A stretch of DNA of 63,139 bases, counting the filler, from Octopus bimaculoides (lineage: Eukaryota): the NCBI RefSeq assembly GCF_001194135.2. It is 7 parts of 5 records of this genome, joined end to end, with 100 filler letters (N's around TTAATTAATTAA, not from the genome) between each part and the next. Parts side by side here need not be neighbours in the genome. Positions count along the whole stretch, not along the records: positions 59,525 to 63,139 come from NW_026374812.1; 6 more parts are not named here. One strand, given 5' to 3'. The translations under genes and the position numbers were made by a program. Each line of letters begins with the position of its first letter. Positions within the stretch are counted from its first letter, which is position 1. Under the pieces are notes generated by a model that was not told where the DNA came from, searched no databases, and saw only the letters and a list, made by a program, of their open reading frames with translations. Below are positions 62,251-63,139 of the stretch, in pieces.

Positions 62251-62685
62251 TATATAATTAAGATTCCGTTAAATTAGGTACTTAAATTGAGGCACCTTGC
62301 TAGGTCGGTACAATCTGCACACCCAAAGAATGTTGATTGAATATTGAATATCAAGACTCCGTGTTGGCGTGTTTGCACCTGATATTCCTGTCGTGTGTAA
62401 GGGAAGATACCCGCTCTTGATAATTCAGACGTGTACTTTTTATTACCCCTATCAGTTATTAAACTGCGGCTTCGCTGGAGTACTGCCTAGANNNNNNNNN
62501 NNNNNNNNNNNNNNNNGGGGTGGGGGGGAGTATAGTACTTATTTTATCGATCTCTTTGGCCGAAGGAAAGGGAGAAAGAGAGACGTTAAGAGAAAGATAG
62601 ATAGATAGGTAAAGAGGAAGAGAAGATAGAGAAACTGAGAAATAGACAAACAAGCAATCACAGAGATAGAAAGATGTGGATAAAG

Positions 62686-62695
62686 AGAGAGAGAT

Positions 62696-62740
<45 letters not shown>

Positions 62741-62905
62741 NNNNNNNNNNNNNNNNNNNNNNNNNNNNNNNNNNNNNNNNNNNNNNNNNNNNNNNNNNNN
62801 NNNNNNNNNNNNNNNNNNNNNNNNNNNNNNNNNNNNNNNNNNNNNNNNNNNNNNNNNNNNNNNNNNNNNNNNNNNNNNNNNNNNNNNNNNNNNNNNNNNN
62901 NNNNN

Positions 62906-62963
<58 letters not shown>

Positions 62964-63139
62964 ACAACACATACACACACACATATGCACATATATAGAT
63001 AAATAGATAGATATAGATGTATCTATATCCCTCTCTCTCCACACACACATGCATATATACATACGTGCATACATACATACATACATACATACATACATAC
63101 ATACATACATACATACATGCATGCATATATATATATATA
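62686..63139. repeat. (GA)n, (CA)n and (CATA)n microsatellites around a gap
   Basis: Direct reading. Similar simple repeats flank most gaps in the window. Confidence 0.95.

Overview
This is draft-assembly eukaryotic DNA, AT-rich and full of microsatellites. The SINE, LINE and Penelope content looks octopod/cephalopod, which is inferred from repeat style and not from a database hit. Most of the window is decayed mobile DNA: many Penelope-like (PLE) fragments, an almost full-length RTE LINE, L1/Tx1 LINEs, R4/Dong-type RLE LINEs, three Tc1/mariner-superfamily copies plus a MITE, a Gypsy-like RT/RNaseH piece, and several tRNA-derived SINE families. There are no prokaryotic features, CRISPR arrays, rRNA or true tRNA genes. 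The exception is a TE-poor, CpG-poor, T-rich block at ~14.0-27.1 kb. It holds two strong + strand exon candidates (15714-15809, 17887-17926) that splice in frame to a membrane-protein-like C-terminus, followed by 3'UTR-like sequence. Best leads: this unidentified host gene end, a hammerhead-ribozyme-like motif upstream of a PLE ORF (36021-36081), a divergent PLE flanked by direct repeats, a young 231-bp inverted duplication, a 61-bp PLE patch inside an unrelated LINE, and an unexplained minus-strand spliced ORF. Coordinates of decayed repeats are approximate. Six TTAATTAATTAA gap spacers mark contig joins, so adjacency across them is uncertain. I cannot claim a new biological system from this sequence alone.
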